From: Octopus sinensis
Taxonomy: Eukaryota
Length of the DNA stretch: 64,000 nt
NCBI RefSeq assembly: GCF_006345805.1
Contig: NW_021831851.1
Location: 8,600-72,599, forward strand
Direction of reading: 5' to 3'
Positions 12,615-24,616 of this stretch are shown here, piece by piece (the first letter of the stretch is position 1; every line of letters starts with the position of its first letter). Under the pieces are notes generated by a model that saw only the letters and a program-made list of their open reading frames with translations, searched no databases and had not been told where the DNA came from. Position numbers and translations under genes: made by a program.

Positions 12615-12890
12615 GAAACATAGCGGGCGGGAAAACAATGACATACACAATAAATTATATAAAGGAAAGAAAGATTGAAGATGCTTTCAAATACATGAAC
12701 TTTCAATTCTTTTGTTTCATTATTCTTTAAGAATACTTAAATGCGTGATTAGCAGCTGTACCAAAATGTCTTACGTATAATTCTTTCCCATGCTATAAAG
12801 ACGGTCTTCCTAAATCAATATCGTCTGTGTGGATAGGTGGAAGATATGTTCGGACCTACGTTTCTTAGTTAAGCATATACAATGTTATCA
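12243..12890 (-). mobile_element. Penelope-like 3' remnant split by (TA)n
   Basis: Contains the HHR at 12443-12494. Decayed coding-like sequence (..KRIESSCI..) lies upstream on the minus strand. Confidence 0.5.
12443..12494 (-). ncRNA. Minimal HHR, core decayed
   Basis: Minus strand: gtct-CCGATTA-a-gggatatt..aatatccc-a-GAAA-cagctg-TA-agac. Confidence 0.65.
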
Positions 12891-12934
12891 GTTAAGATAT
12901 TACAAAACTTTAATCATAAATATGGTTTTACATT

Positions 12935-13144
12935 TATACTCTTTACTTGTTTCAGTCATTTGACTGCGGCCATGCTGGAGCACCGCCTTTAGACGAGCAA
13001 ATCGACCCCGGGACTTATTCTTTGTAAGCCCAGTACTTATTCTATCGGTCTCTTTTGCCGAATCGCTAAGTGACAGAGACGTAAACACACCAGCATCGGT
13101 TGTCAAGCATTGCTAGGGGGACAAACAGAGACATACAAACACAC

Positions 13145-13177
<33 letters not shown>

Positions 13178-13187
13178 ATACATATAT

Positions 13188-13255
<68 letters not shown>

Positions 13256-13412
13256 CATATACGACGGGCTTCTTTCAGTTTTCGTCTATCAAATCCACTC
13301 ACAAGTCTTTGGTCAGCCTGAGGCTAAAGTAGAAGAAATTTGCCCAAGATGCCACGCAGTGGGACTGAACCCGGAACCATGTGGTTGGTTAGCAAGCTAT
13401 TTACCACACAGC
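12935..13412 (-). mobile_element. SINE family A
   Basis: Near full-length reverse-complement match to 2161-2605. Confidence 0.9.
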
Positions 13413-13490
13413 TTTATACACATATATAATTATGCATAGATAAACACAAATATATTGCATGCATGTGAGCGTGAGTATATATATATAGTC

Positions 13491-13990
13491 GGAGGCGTGG
13501 TTGTGTGGTAATAAACTTCCGCACCAAACCATATGGTTCCAGATTCAGTCCTACAGTGTGGCACCTTTGGCAAGTGTCTTCTATCGACTTGTCCCGACCA
13601 AAGCCTTGTGAGTGTGTTTGGTAGACGGAAAATGAAAGAAGTCCATCCTATATAGATAGATAAATAGATAGATGGATAGATAGATAGATAGATAGATAAA
13701 TAAATAAATAAATTGATAGATAGATAGATACATACATACATACATACATACATACATACATAGATATGTGTGTATGTCTATGTGTGGGGGTTTTTGTGTC
13801 TGCGTATGTCCCCTCAACACCGCTTGACAACTGGTTTTGGTATGTTTACCTCCTCGTAACTAAGTGGTTCGGTAAAATGGACAGATAGAATAAGTACTAG
13901 GCTTAAGACATAAGTCGGGGATCATGGAGGTGCTCCAACATGGCCGTAGTCAAATGACTAGAACAAGTAAAAGAAGAAAGAATTAAAGAA
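13491..13990 (+). mobile_element. SINE family A, diverged
   Basis: Same head, body and tail as family A. It lies head-to-head with the previous copy. Confidence 0.8.
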
Positions 13991-14474
13991 TATATACACA
14001 TACACACACACACATATATACATAAACTTATTTACACTGACAATGCATGGCTAAATCCTACCACGTGGCGCTTTGGGTAGCTGGACGTCCTAGAGCCACT
14101 ATAGCCTTGGAACGAACAATAAATTATGAATGGTTTTGGTAGACGGAAAGTAAGCGGAAATCCTTATGTGTATGACTACGCACATATATATATATAGCAT
14201 TAAGCTTAACTGCCCAGTAACGAATTCTTCTGAAATTTTAGAACCTATAAATTTAGCTTCAAAAGACGCAAACATTAAATTCAACTTACGATGGAAGTAA
14301 ACAGTTGTTTTTTTTTAGAAGCGTTGAGATGTATTGAAAGATACAGAAATAAAGCACTTGATGCATAATCACGGGAATGTGAGTTCGAGTCTCATTGCTG
14401 GCTGGTAACGTATTTTTCTCCAAAGTGTGGATAATTTATCCTGATTCAGGCAATTTTATAAAATTGTATAAAAA

Positions 14475-15719
14475 GTGTATAAAAATTTATACACAGAGAG
14501 AAGACCACCATGTGGACTTCTTACATGCTAAAAAGGATAGTCAAATCCCAAACCACGAAAAACATTCTTATTAATGGCACATTGCTTGTAGGCAAGCAGG
14601 ACATTTGAATCTATACCCTGAGTTACACCATTAATCAAATAAATAAATTAATAAGTGGATCAAGTGATTAATTATCCACTTGTGGCTCGTAAATAGAGTC
14701 ACCGGAAAATGTATAATTATGAAGCTATATTACGTACCACCAAAAACACAAAGTAAACACAGACACACTTAGTTCCATCTTTGTACATCATGAATTCAAA
14801 TCGAATGTTAATCAATCAACTGACTGACTTATTAATTGAATTATTTGGTCATTAATAGAGAAATTGATCGGTATAGAGTTAACTAAGAACTTTATTCATT
14901 CAAGTGTACTGCTTGCCTACAATGTGCAATTAATAAGAATGTTTTTTCGTGGTTTGGTATTTGACTGTCCTTTCTAGCATGTAAGAAGTCCACATGGTGG
15001 TCTTCATTCCGTGTGTAAATTTTTATACAATGATATTATAAAAATATTCATGTCTTCTGATTTAATTTCTTTATTACACACAAGGGGGAGTAGACTGGAG
15101 AAACGTGATATGAAGTGTTTTGCTCAAGAACACAACGCTTCGCCCGGTCCAGGAATCGAAACTACAACCTTACGATCATGAGTTCAACACCCTAACCACT
15201 AAGCCACGCACCTCCACAATGTCTTCTGATTTTATTACGATTTTAGTAACACTGATGTAGATTATTATTTTAATAACTTTTACCTTGTATTTATATAGTT
15301 AAATATTTCAATTCTTCGGTCGGATAAAACACGGTTGAATTTATTCACTGTTGTACTATTCTGACTCGGCACGTTAATTGAGGACATTCAGTTTGAATTC
15401 TTGTATAAAGATGGAAGGAAATGCGCCTATGTTTACTTTGGGTTGTCGGAACGTATGAGAGTTTCAGCGACTCTACTGACGAGCCACAGATGGTTAATTA
15501 ATCAGTTCATTGACTTACTAATTGATTTATTTGATCATTAATGGTTAAACTCATTGGCATCATGTAACTGAGATTTTTTTCATTCAAGTGTCCTGCTTGC
15601 CTACAACCAATATGGCATTAATAATTTTCTTTTTGTCGAGGTTTGAGATTTGACTGTCCTTTTTAGCATGTAAGAAGTCCACCACGTCTTCTTTCCGTGT
15701 ATAAATTTTTATACACTCG

Positions 15720-15720
<1 letters not shown>
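14475..15720. repeat. Three copies of a Penelope-like terminus (one inverted, two forward)
   Basis: 14478-14715 (-) is the inverse of ~14810-15030 (+) and ~15455-15715 (+). All share caagtgt.ctgcttgcctacaa..tttgactgtcct..agcatgtaagaagtcc and carry decayed HHR pieces. Confidence 0.75.
15064..15218 (-). mobile_element. Short chimeric SINE (D head, C-like tail)
   Basis: tRNA-like head at ~15140-15218. TSD atgtcttctgattt at 15050-15063 and 15219-15232. Confidence 0.7.
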
Positions 15721-15754
<34 letters not shown>

Positions 15755-15801
15755 ATATAAATATATATATATATATATATATGTATGTGTATGTGTGTAT
15801 A

Positions 15802-15885
<84 letters not shown>

Positions 15886-15982
15886 CATGTATATATATAT
15901 ATATATAAATATTTATGTCTTTTGACTTTTATTATGTATGCTAATCACTAGTATAAATTATTATTCTGATAATCTTTACTCT

Positions 15983-16016
<34 letters not shown>

Positions 16017-17411
16017 TAGCGTGAGGTGGCCTCTGAAGCTGGTCATACAATAAATACTTGGCGCACATGGCGGAAACGTAACCAAACCCCACCTTTATTA
16101 TTTATTTATTTTTTTACGAAACCCACATTCTCAGCTGTGCGGATTCCAATTCTGAAAAAAAAAAAATATATAAAATTGGCGAAAATCGTAGCTTCAAAAT
16201 TTCAATCCTCCTCCCCGCATTTCTTCATTTTTCACTTTTTCAAAATTTGGTGGTGGGGTGCGGCGGGACGAATTACGTAGTAAAGTACGGAGATTATGAT
16301 TCTGAAAAAATAGTTTGTAAAATTTTTCGGAAAAAAAAAAAAATCAGCCCCAACCCTCCTGATTCTACGGCCATCCACATGCTAAAAATAACAGTCAAAT
16401 CTCACAGGAATTTGTTGAGCGAAAAAACTGATAAAATAATGACAGAAATATATAATCAATCTGCTCACCTTTCTACAAAGGTTTCTTTCAGAGAAATTTC
16501 CCGCAGTAAAGTAAGGTATACTGTGAAACAGTTGTAAAAATCAGTTTGTTGGTGGTTTGACTTATTTCTGCTCTCATAATTTTTGTAACTTTCAAGTTTT
16601 CTTTTGTAGAATGAACACTTTCAGTTGCAAAAAAGGGTTTGTTGGAGATTTAGCTGTAATTTCTGCTCTCATATTTTTTGTAACTTTCAAATTTCATTTT
16701 GTAGAAAAAAAAACACTTTCGGTTGTAAAAAAGAAAAACCAAAGAACAATGAAGGCTTTAATTTCAATTTGTCACAGTATACCACATTTTACTGCGATCG
16801 TGAATTGTACATTAGTTTCAACAAAACGGAAAGATAATTTTAGTAAATTTATATATATATATATATATATAACGGCGGTGCATCAGCATGGCCGCAGCTC
16901 TGAGCTGAAACTAGAAAATATATATATATATATATCCTGAGAGATTGTTTATAAGACACTTGTTACTAAATATATGTAATATTTAGCATCAAGATATCTG
17001 ATAAACAATCTGTCATCTTTTTATTCTGCTTTCTACGACATACTAAAAACCGATGTGAGTACAATAACACGCACAGAAATACTCATAGCGTCGTTAACAC
17101 TGGTGATTTGACATGCAATCTAAGTATTAAGTTGCATTATATGTATGTATATATATATATATGTGTGTGTGTGTATGTATGTAGGTATACACACACATTC
17201 ATATTTATGTGTATATATGTACATACATATATATGTGCTTACGTATATTTATAATCGTATGCACACACAAGCATATATATACACATGTATGTGTGTGGGT
17301 AGTCCTGCATACACAGACATACGCAAGCAAACTATCTCGTCTTCCCTCTCTTACTACCCTCTTAAACTCTCAGTTTGTGCAGTTTTGTTATTCTTGAAAG
17401 TATAGAAACTT

Positions 17412-17711
17412 TTGCAGCGTGGAAGGTGTTTGTAAGCCATTTAAGAATCACACAAAAGCCGTTCGATTCACTTCAACTTTTAAGTTTAATTTGTCGATAC
17501 ATTTTCGTCGCTTTAAGACTTTGTCAGTGAACAGGTCGCGGTTTCAAGGCGACGAAGATATTTTGACAAATTAAACTTAGATGTTGAAGTGAATCGAACG
17601 GCTTTTGTGTGTTTCTTAAATGGCTTACAAACACCTTCCACGCTGCAATTGTTTTCGTTTCAGCACACGATCTCAGATCAAATCACTTGCTATGCAAGTA
17701 CATCTCCGTAA
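17412..17711 (+). mobile_element. Fold-back Penelope-like terminus with variant HHR
   Basis: Inverted arms of ~105 bp span 17412-17648, followed by a unique 3' extension to ~17711. Confidence 0.75.
17520..17570 (+). ncRNA. HHR-like motif with G3-C8 swapped core
   Basis: tttgtca-GTGAACA-g-gtcgc(ggtttcaag)gcgac-GAAG-atat-TT-tgacaaa. The inverted arm (17503-17506) keeps GAAA. Confidence 0.6.
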
Positions 17712-17723
17712 TATATAGACTTT

Positions 17724-18106
17724 GGAGGCGCAATGGCCTAGTGGTTAGGGCAGCGGACTCGCGGTCATAGGATCGCGGTTTCGATTCCCAGACCGGGCGT
17801 TGTGAGTGTTTATTGAGCGAAAACACCTAAAAGCTCCACGAGGCTCCGGCAGGGGATGGTGGTGATCCCTGCTGTATTCTTTCACCACAACTTTCTCTCA
17901 CCCTTACTTCCTGTTTCTGTTGTACCTGTATTTCAAAGGGCCGGCCTTGTCACTCTCTGTGTCACGCTGAATATCCCCGAGAACTACGTTAAGGGTACAC
18001 GTGTCTGTGGAGTGCTCAGCCACTTACACGTTAATTTCACGAGCAGGCTGTTCCGTTGATTCGGATCAACCGGAACTCTCATTGTCGTAACCGACGGAGT
18101 GCTTCC
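17724..18106 (+). mobile_element. SINE family B
   Basis: A-box tggcctagtgg and B-box gtttcgattcc. 11-bp TSD atatagacttt at 17713-17723 and 18107-18117. Confidence 0.9.
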
Positions 18107-18509
18107 ATATAGACTTTAATTTATCACTAAACGGTAATATTATATTCTTAATATAGAAAAAAAACCCTCACCGGTTTCAGTTCTTTTAGTACTTAATCAA
18201 AGAAGTAATACGGGAATACGGTTCTTCTGTTCCCGGAGAGATTCGTAATTTATAGCTATTTCTAATTATTACAATTCAAGATACATCTCATTTTGCCAAT
18301 CTCATCATTCGGTCGATTTGTCACGGAAAATGGCTATAATGTCTTTTCTTGGTTAAAGTATAGTCAGGAGAAGCTTCATAGTGTTTCAGCAAGTGGTAGG
18401 AAGTAAGGTCGAAGATATCCTAACTGGGGATCTCACTCGAATGCTTGCATCAGAATTGACTCCACGAAGGGCAAGCAAATATGTATCAAACATATATTTT
18501 ACTTTTCGC

Positions 18510-18660
<151 letters not shown>

Positions 18661-18675
18661 TAGATAGATAGATGG

Positions 18676-18857
18676 ATAGCCACTACACACTTTTTTCTCT
18701 CCTTGTTTCTCTCCGTGTTTTTTCTGTGTCCCTTTCTGTAGAATAGCGTAGGCTCGAAACGTAAAATACTGTTTCTATTCCTGAGCGTTATACTAATACA
18801 TCTGTTTGTTTTGTACACCACCTGTCTTCGTCTTTTGTATTTTTGTAAACTCTCCCT
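18676..18857 (+). mobile_element. Penelope-like terminus with HHR-like motif at 18732-18767
   Basis: Homologous to 3082-3255. Motif: cttt-CTGTAGA-a-tagc(gtag)gctc-GAAA-cg-TA-aaat. It ends in (TA)n. Confidence 0.7.
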
Positions 18858-19509
18858 ATATATATATATACATATATTACTTTTTGCTGAAAGGCTACGC
18901 ATTACATTTATCAATAATAGTATATATTCTGTATAATTCGAAGCATGCATGTATATATTTATTAATGTATGAACTTGCAATTATACCTTTCTTATATATG
19001 TTTCTACTCAATTGTGAAAGCATGCGAGCAGACGGCAAAAAGACAAGAAAATAAAGTGATGTAGCCACGTGTACGATTATATATATTCAACAAATAAAAA
19101 GTAAAGAAAAACACCGATTCGTGACTGGTTATTTACGACTCATATTTATAATTACAAACATACACACACAAACACATAAGCACAAACACAGATACATACA
19201 TACATACACACCGGCACGCATTCATATACAAAGAAAAATTACACACGTACATATATACGTAATTATATACATAGAAATACGCACGCATTTATATGATGTT
19301 CTATAATATCTACGTGGAGGGTTATTAAGAAATTTCCATTTACATAAAATAATAGATTTCGTTATAAATCTAAAATGTATTGACAGCATGATGAGTATTT
19401 TATTAAACTCTGGTGCAAAGTGGCTGACAACGAAACTCTTTTTTCTCTTCTCAACCTATTTCATGCTCTCCATCATCCTGCGGCTCACCTTTCATATCTT
19501 CTGTGTGTA

Positions 19510-19814
19510 CATATGCAAATATATATTTATATATATATATGTGTGTGTGTGTGTATGAATATATATGTATATATATATATGTGTATATATATATATATAT
19601 GTATATATATACATATGTATATATGTATATATATACATATATGTATATATGTATGTATATATATATGTATGTATGTATATATATATATATATATAATATG
19701 TATGTATATATCTATATATATATATATATGTACGTATATGTTATATATATATGTAGGTATGTATATGTATATATATATGTATGTGTATATATATATAAGC
19801 ATATGTATTGTATA

Positions 19815-19858
<44 letters not shown>

Positions 19859-20055
19859 ATGCGTATGTAAATGTATATATATGTATATATATGTATATAT
19901 GTATATATGTATATATATGTATATATATGTATATATATATATGTATATATATGTATATATATACATATACATATAATTATATATCTGTATAAATATGTAT
20001 TTACATAACTGTATAAACAAACTTATATAAAATCTCTATATATGTAAATATATAA
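19510..20055. repeat. Compound (TA)/(TG) microsatellite
   Basis: Direct reading of the sequence. Confidence 0.95.
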
Positions 20056-20846
20056 TTAGAGAAAAAGAGAGAGAAAGAACAAAAGAAAGGGAGAGAAAGA
20101 AAGAGAGAGCCAAAATAGAGAGTGAGGAAGAAAGAGAGATAGAGAGAATGAAAGAGAGAGACAAGATAGAGAGAGAGAGAAAGAAAGAGAAGGAGACAGT
20201 ATCCAAAACATATTATAAATATGAGATAAAAAGTCGGTGTTATTTATTAAAATATATTTCAATTTGAAAATCTAATAGTGTCGAGACAGAATGGATTTCA
20301 CCACGATCGCCAGGTTTCGAATGGTGGCAGGGGGCTGAGGAATGGGAGGGGGAGAAGTAGGGCTCCAGATAAAATCTGTGATAACTCATACCATAATTTA
20401 GTGCGTTGTTTAATTTTGATAAAAACACAATTATTATGACTTAAAAGTCATAAAAAACGACCGCAAATTACCATAAACAGTTTATAGGCGACATGGTACT
20501 AATTCGAAGCGGTTTAAATATGATTACAATATAACAATAGGCACTGTCACGTTCTTTCTCTGTCTTTCTATCTCTCGCTCCCTTTTCCCCCTCACTCTCT
20601 TTCTCTCCCTTTATCTATCGATCTATCTATCTGCCTGTCTGTCTGTCTATCTCATTATCTATGTATCTCTTCATCTATATGTGAGTGCATGAGTGTGTGC
20701 GTATACATATATATATATATTATATATATATATATTATATATATATATATATATAAATATAAATGATATATATATATATATGCATATATACACACATACG
20801 TGTACATGCCTACATATATGTATATATACATGCATATATGTAAATG

Positions 20847-20880
<34 letters not shown>

Positions 20881-21128
20881 ATGTATATATATAAGTATGT
20901 ATGTATATATATATGCATATATGGGTACATGCATATGTATATATACATGCATATATGGGTACAGGAAGTCTTCTTTCGTTGTTCGAAAAAATGCTCGTTT
21001 TCCATGCTTTTGATTTTTATATTCTCGTTTCTCATTTTGGATATGTTTTTCTTTGACGACCTGTGCCCATATATGCATGTATATATACATATATGTGTAG
21101 GTATTTAAATGTACGTGTATATATATAT

Positions 21129-21885
21129 AATCCAGAAACGTACGTCCATAATTAACCGAAGACTGTATGATTTCATTATTTTTCTTCTATTTTGCCATAT
21201 GTGAGTTACAAATATTGTCTGTGGAGACATATTTTTGTAGAAAAAGGAAATAGTAGTCCTTTGGCTGCGATTTCTAAAATTTTCGGTATGTGGTCAAGCA
21301 ACTTGTTGCAAAAACCCTTATTGTTATAATTATATAAGTTTTTACCGAATATGGTCCTTTTCCATACCGAAATACTACAAGGTGAAATTTGTTGATTTTA
21401 TTAAATTAATTATATTTCACCCTATATCTGTATTGACTATTTCACTCCCCTACGACAGAACTACGAATCTTTTTTCGGCAGTACTATTTTGTGACTCACG
21501 TGGTAACAATTCTGGAGGGAAATACGAATTCACTCGTCTATATAAATGTGGATATGCTGATTAGCTTTTATATGTTCCGGTGACGCTTGGTCGGAAAAAT
21601 AGGAGGTAAGTTTTCCTAGCATTTCTAGATTTATTTATAGGAATATTATGTTGATGAAGGAAATGAGTCTTATGATTCTAATCCAGAAACGTACGTCCAT
21701 AATTAACCAAGGACTGTTTGATTTCATTATTTTTCTCCCTTTTTTTGCCATATGTGAGTTGCAAATATTGTTGTCTATGGAGACATATTTTTGTAGGAAA
21801 AGGAATAGTAGTCCTTTGGCTGCTATTTCTAAAAGTTTCGGTATGTGTTCAAGCAACATGTTGCAAAAACCCTTATTGTTATATT
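21129..21885 (+). mobile_element. Non-coding HHR element: ~200-bp partial repeat plus ~551-555-bp unit
   Basis: 21129-21328 recurs, diverged, at ~21680-21883. (TA)n lies on both sides. Confidence 0.8.
21645..21703 (+). ncRNA. Minimal HHR (U3-G8)
   Basis: attatg-TTGATGA-a-gga...tcc-a-GAAA-cgtacg-TC-cataat. Helix III is the palindrome ACGUACGU. Confidence 0.75.
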
Positions 21886-21907
21886 AAATATATATATATA
21901 TATATAT

Positions 21908-22188
21908 CAGTGACTGACCAGGCTATCAGATGTTGTTACACATCACTGATCACAATGCGCTTCGCATTGTTTTAGTCTTCAAATGACGCCACCCCACAGG
22001 CTAAGCGAGCAGGCCAACAGAGGAAAGAGTGAGAGAAAGTTGTGGCGTAAAAGTACAGCAGGGATCGCCACCACCCCATACCGGAGGCTCTTGGAGCTTT
22101 TAGGTGTTTTTGCTCAATAAACACTCACAACAACCGGTCTGGGAATCGAAACCGCAATCCTACAACCGCGAGTCCACTGCAGTAACCA
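21908..22188 (-). mobile_element. SINE with B head and an alternative tail
   Basis: 22020-22188 matches the family B 5' part. 21908-22020 is a different tail with the hairpin caatgcg-ctt-cgcattg. Confidence 0.7.
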
Positions 22189-22202
22189 TATATATATATA
22201 TA

Positions 22203-22581
22203 TCTCTATATAAACGGCAGTTTGTCGGTGCGTGTTTCTGTGTGTCTGTTTGCTTGTACCCTCACCCTGACCACGGCTTTCAACCGATTCTGATGAAACT
22301 TGACACACACATAGCCCAATGTCATAATTCAAAACTAACGCAGCGAAAATTTTGAAAAGTTTCCCCAGTTCTGAAAAGAATCGATAAATTCGACATGGGG
22401 TCGAGAATCAGAAACACAAACCGCAAACTGTCTAGGGGACGCAACTCCACCTTTTTTAACTAAAAAAAAAATTTACCATCATTTTTTTCCATTTTTTTGC
22501 TATTTTTTGGCTATAACTCTCTAAAAATGCTTTATAGTTATTTCCCTTACAAACCTGAGCAACGCCGGGCGATACTGCTAG
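22203..22581 (+). mobile_element. Non-autonomous Helitron
   Basis: 5' TC, 3' hairpin (cctgagcaacgccggg) then CTAG, inserted between A and T. The 3' ~65 bp is shared with 35428-35823. Confidence 0.75.
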
Positions 22582-22713
22582 TATATATATATAGAAAGAG
22601 AGAGAGAGAGGTGATATGAGGGGTAACGGTGTCAGTAAGAGCCGATATATCAGCATACATATATGCATACATTCATACATACAGACGTATATATATATAT
22701 ATATATCTTTATA

Positions 22714-24343
22714 CAGTTGCAGCCAAAATGTTCAGAACGGCATTGTTTTCGTCAAAAAAGTAGATATAAGATTTTATCAAAGTTGCTTTATATTCTATAA
22801 TTTTCACAGACAATAAATACGATATTATTTGTTATTGTCTGAGATTTTGGTGTAATTTGAGAGGATAATAAAAACGTTATGGATGATTTAGTGATTTACT
22901 GCAAAACCCATGGGAGCCAAAATGATCAGAATGGTTGCTTTTACTCCATGTTTTAGTATATTTAACCGTCAAACTCTAATGTTTTGAATTTGTTTACGTG
23001 ACAGTTCGTTTACTAAACATTAGTAAGAATATCTGCAGTGTACTTTGTTAATATAATTCCACTTACTCCGTTACCAATTCGTCAGCAGATTATTAAGCTT
23101 CGAAAGAAGGATAATTTAAGTATTAGGTCTATTGCAAAGATTGTTAACAAGTCAAAAAGTGTTGTTCGTGGTATTCTTAAGGTCTACGATGATTGTGGTT
23201 CGTGTGAAGCAAGGAAGTCTACAGGTAGGCCAAGAAAAACGACCAAGAGAGAAGATCGTGCTATGGTAAAGTTGGTTAAAAAGGACAGATTTAAAACTGT
23301 TGCTGCTGCTATTTTTCGGGAAATGAGCATTGCACTGAAGAAAACTTTATCTAAAAAAACTGTGTCCCGTCCTTTAGTTGAACATGACCTACAAGCAAGA
23401 GCACCTGCAGTGAAGCCACTGATCAGCCCCAAAAATAAAAAGTGTCGTCTTACCTTTGCAACCGAACATGTGTTGTGGTCTCAAGAAGAATGGCAAACGG
23501 TGCATTTCTGTGATGAATCTAAGTCTATGTTATTTGGCCCAGATGGGAAAAGGTACGTCCGTCGAAAAGCAGGTAAAAAATTGTCACCTATATGCCTTAA
23601 GACTAGAGATAAATTCGGTGGAGGAAGTGTCATGGTTTGGGGGATTATATCTGGAGATGTTGTGGGCCCTATGCTGCGATTACATGGAAAGGTAAATGCA
23701 GGAGTTTATAAACAACTTGTAAAAGATCATGTCTTGCCTGTGCTGAGAAATTCAACTAAGCGACCACCCATATTCATGCAGGACAATGCCCTATGTCACA
23801 AGTCTAAGGTGGTCATGAACTTCCTCAAGGCTGAAAATGTTATTGTTATGGGTTGGCCTGCTCAAAGCCCAGACCTCAATCCTATTGAAAATGTGTGGAA
23901 CATTCTAGAACGTTTGAAAGCCAGAAATCCTAAAACAACCGATCAATTATGGAATGTCCTTCAGGAAGAATGGAATAAGATCACCCAGCAAGAAATTGAA
24001 AATTTAATTTCCCCATGCAGTCAAAAATGTCAAACTTTGATTGAAGCTAAAGGGCTTCACACTAAATATGAAATAATTCCAGCATTCTCTGTCACTTTTT
24101 GATTATTTTGTTATTTTTTCAACCGTTCTGATCATTTTGGCCACCATGGGTTTTGCAGTAAATCACTATATCAGCCATAACTTTTGTATTATCCACTCAA
24201 ATTACACCAAAATCTCAGACAATACCAAGTAATATTGTATTTATTGTCTGTGAAAATTATAGAATATAAAACAACTTTAATAAAAACTTATATCTACTTT
24301 TCTGATGAAAACAATGCCGTTCTGACCATTTTGGCCGCAACTG
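22714..24343 (+). mobile_element. Tc1 transposon with long IR/DR-type terminal inverted repeats
   Basis: 224-bp inverted repeats at 22714-22937 and 24120-24343, ~18 mismatches by eye. Each has the direct repeat gccaaaatg.tcagaa.gg at both ends. TA flanks the left end and CA the right. Confidence 0.95.
23038..24102 (+). CDS. Tc1 DD34E transposase, uninterrupted but probably non-functional
   Basis: HTH region, GRPRKTT, FCDESK, GGGSVMVWG and QDNA-34aa-SPDLNPIEN. The tracked start is GTG, and the frame reads through the usual C-terminal TKY. Confidence 0.85.
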   Translation: MYFVNIIPLTPLPIRQQIIKLRKKDNLSIRSIAKIVNKSKSVVRGILKVYDDCGSCEARKSTGRPRKTTKREDRAMVKLVKKDRFKTVAAAIFREMSIALKKTLSKKTVSRPLVEHDLQARAPAVKPLISPKNKKCRLTFATEHVLWSQEEWQTVHFCDESKSMLFGPDGKRYVRRKAGKKLSPICLKTRDKFGGGSVMVWGIISGDVVGPMLRLHGKVNAGVYKQLVKDHVLPVLRNSTKRPPIFMQDNALCHKSKVVMNFLKAENVIVMGWPAQSPDLNPIENVWNILERLKARNPKTTDQLWNVLQEEWNKITQQEIENLISPCSQKCQTLIEAKGLHTKYEIIPAFSVTF

Positions 24344-24616
24344 CATATATATATTTACCTATTTGAATATGCGTATGTCTTGTGCGTCCTAGGGTCGTGC
24401 ATACCTACAGCCATCCATCCATCCATCCATCCATCCATCCATACATACATACATACATACATACATACATACATACATACATGCCTTACATAGAAACATA
24501 TTCTGTTGTTGATCTTGAAATTTCAATGAAGGAACGTTTGCTCCAGATTAGAAACCGGTTCTCCCTTGGCAAGGGATTTTCATATAAAACTGAATAATGA
24601 CACACATGCGCATATA

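Noticed and set aside
17724-17800. tRNA gene candidates with A and B boxes (also 269, 29710, 46880, 54579)
   Set aside because: They continue into SINE bodies, several with TSDs, and I could not fold a complete cloverleaf.
18165-18208. Possible minus-strand HHR: ttgatta-agt..act-GAAA-ccgg-tg
   Set aside because: It has two core mismatches and a GUG site. It is probably a decayed Penelope end and was not counted.
19420-19992. Long YI/CV/HT-rich ORFs here and at 25.4-26.2, 41.8-42.6, 48.1-48.8 and 61.5-62.5 kb
   Set aside because: They are translations of stop-free dinucleotide and tetranucleotide microsatellites.
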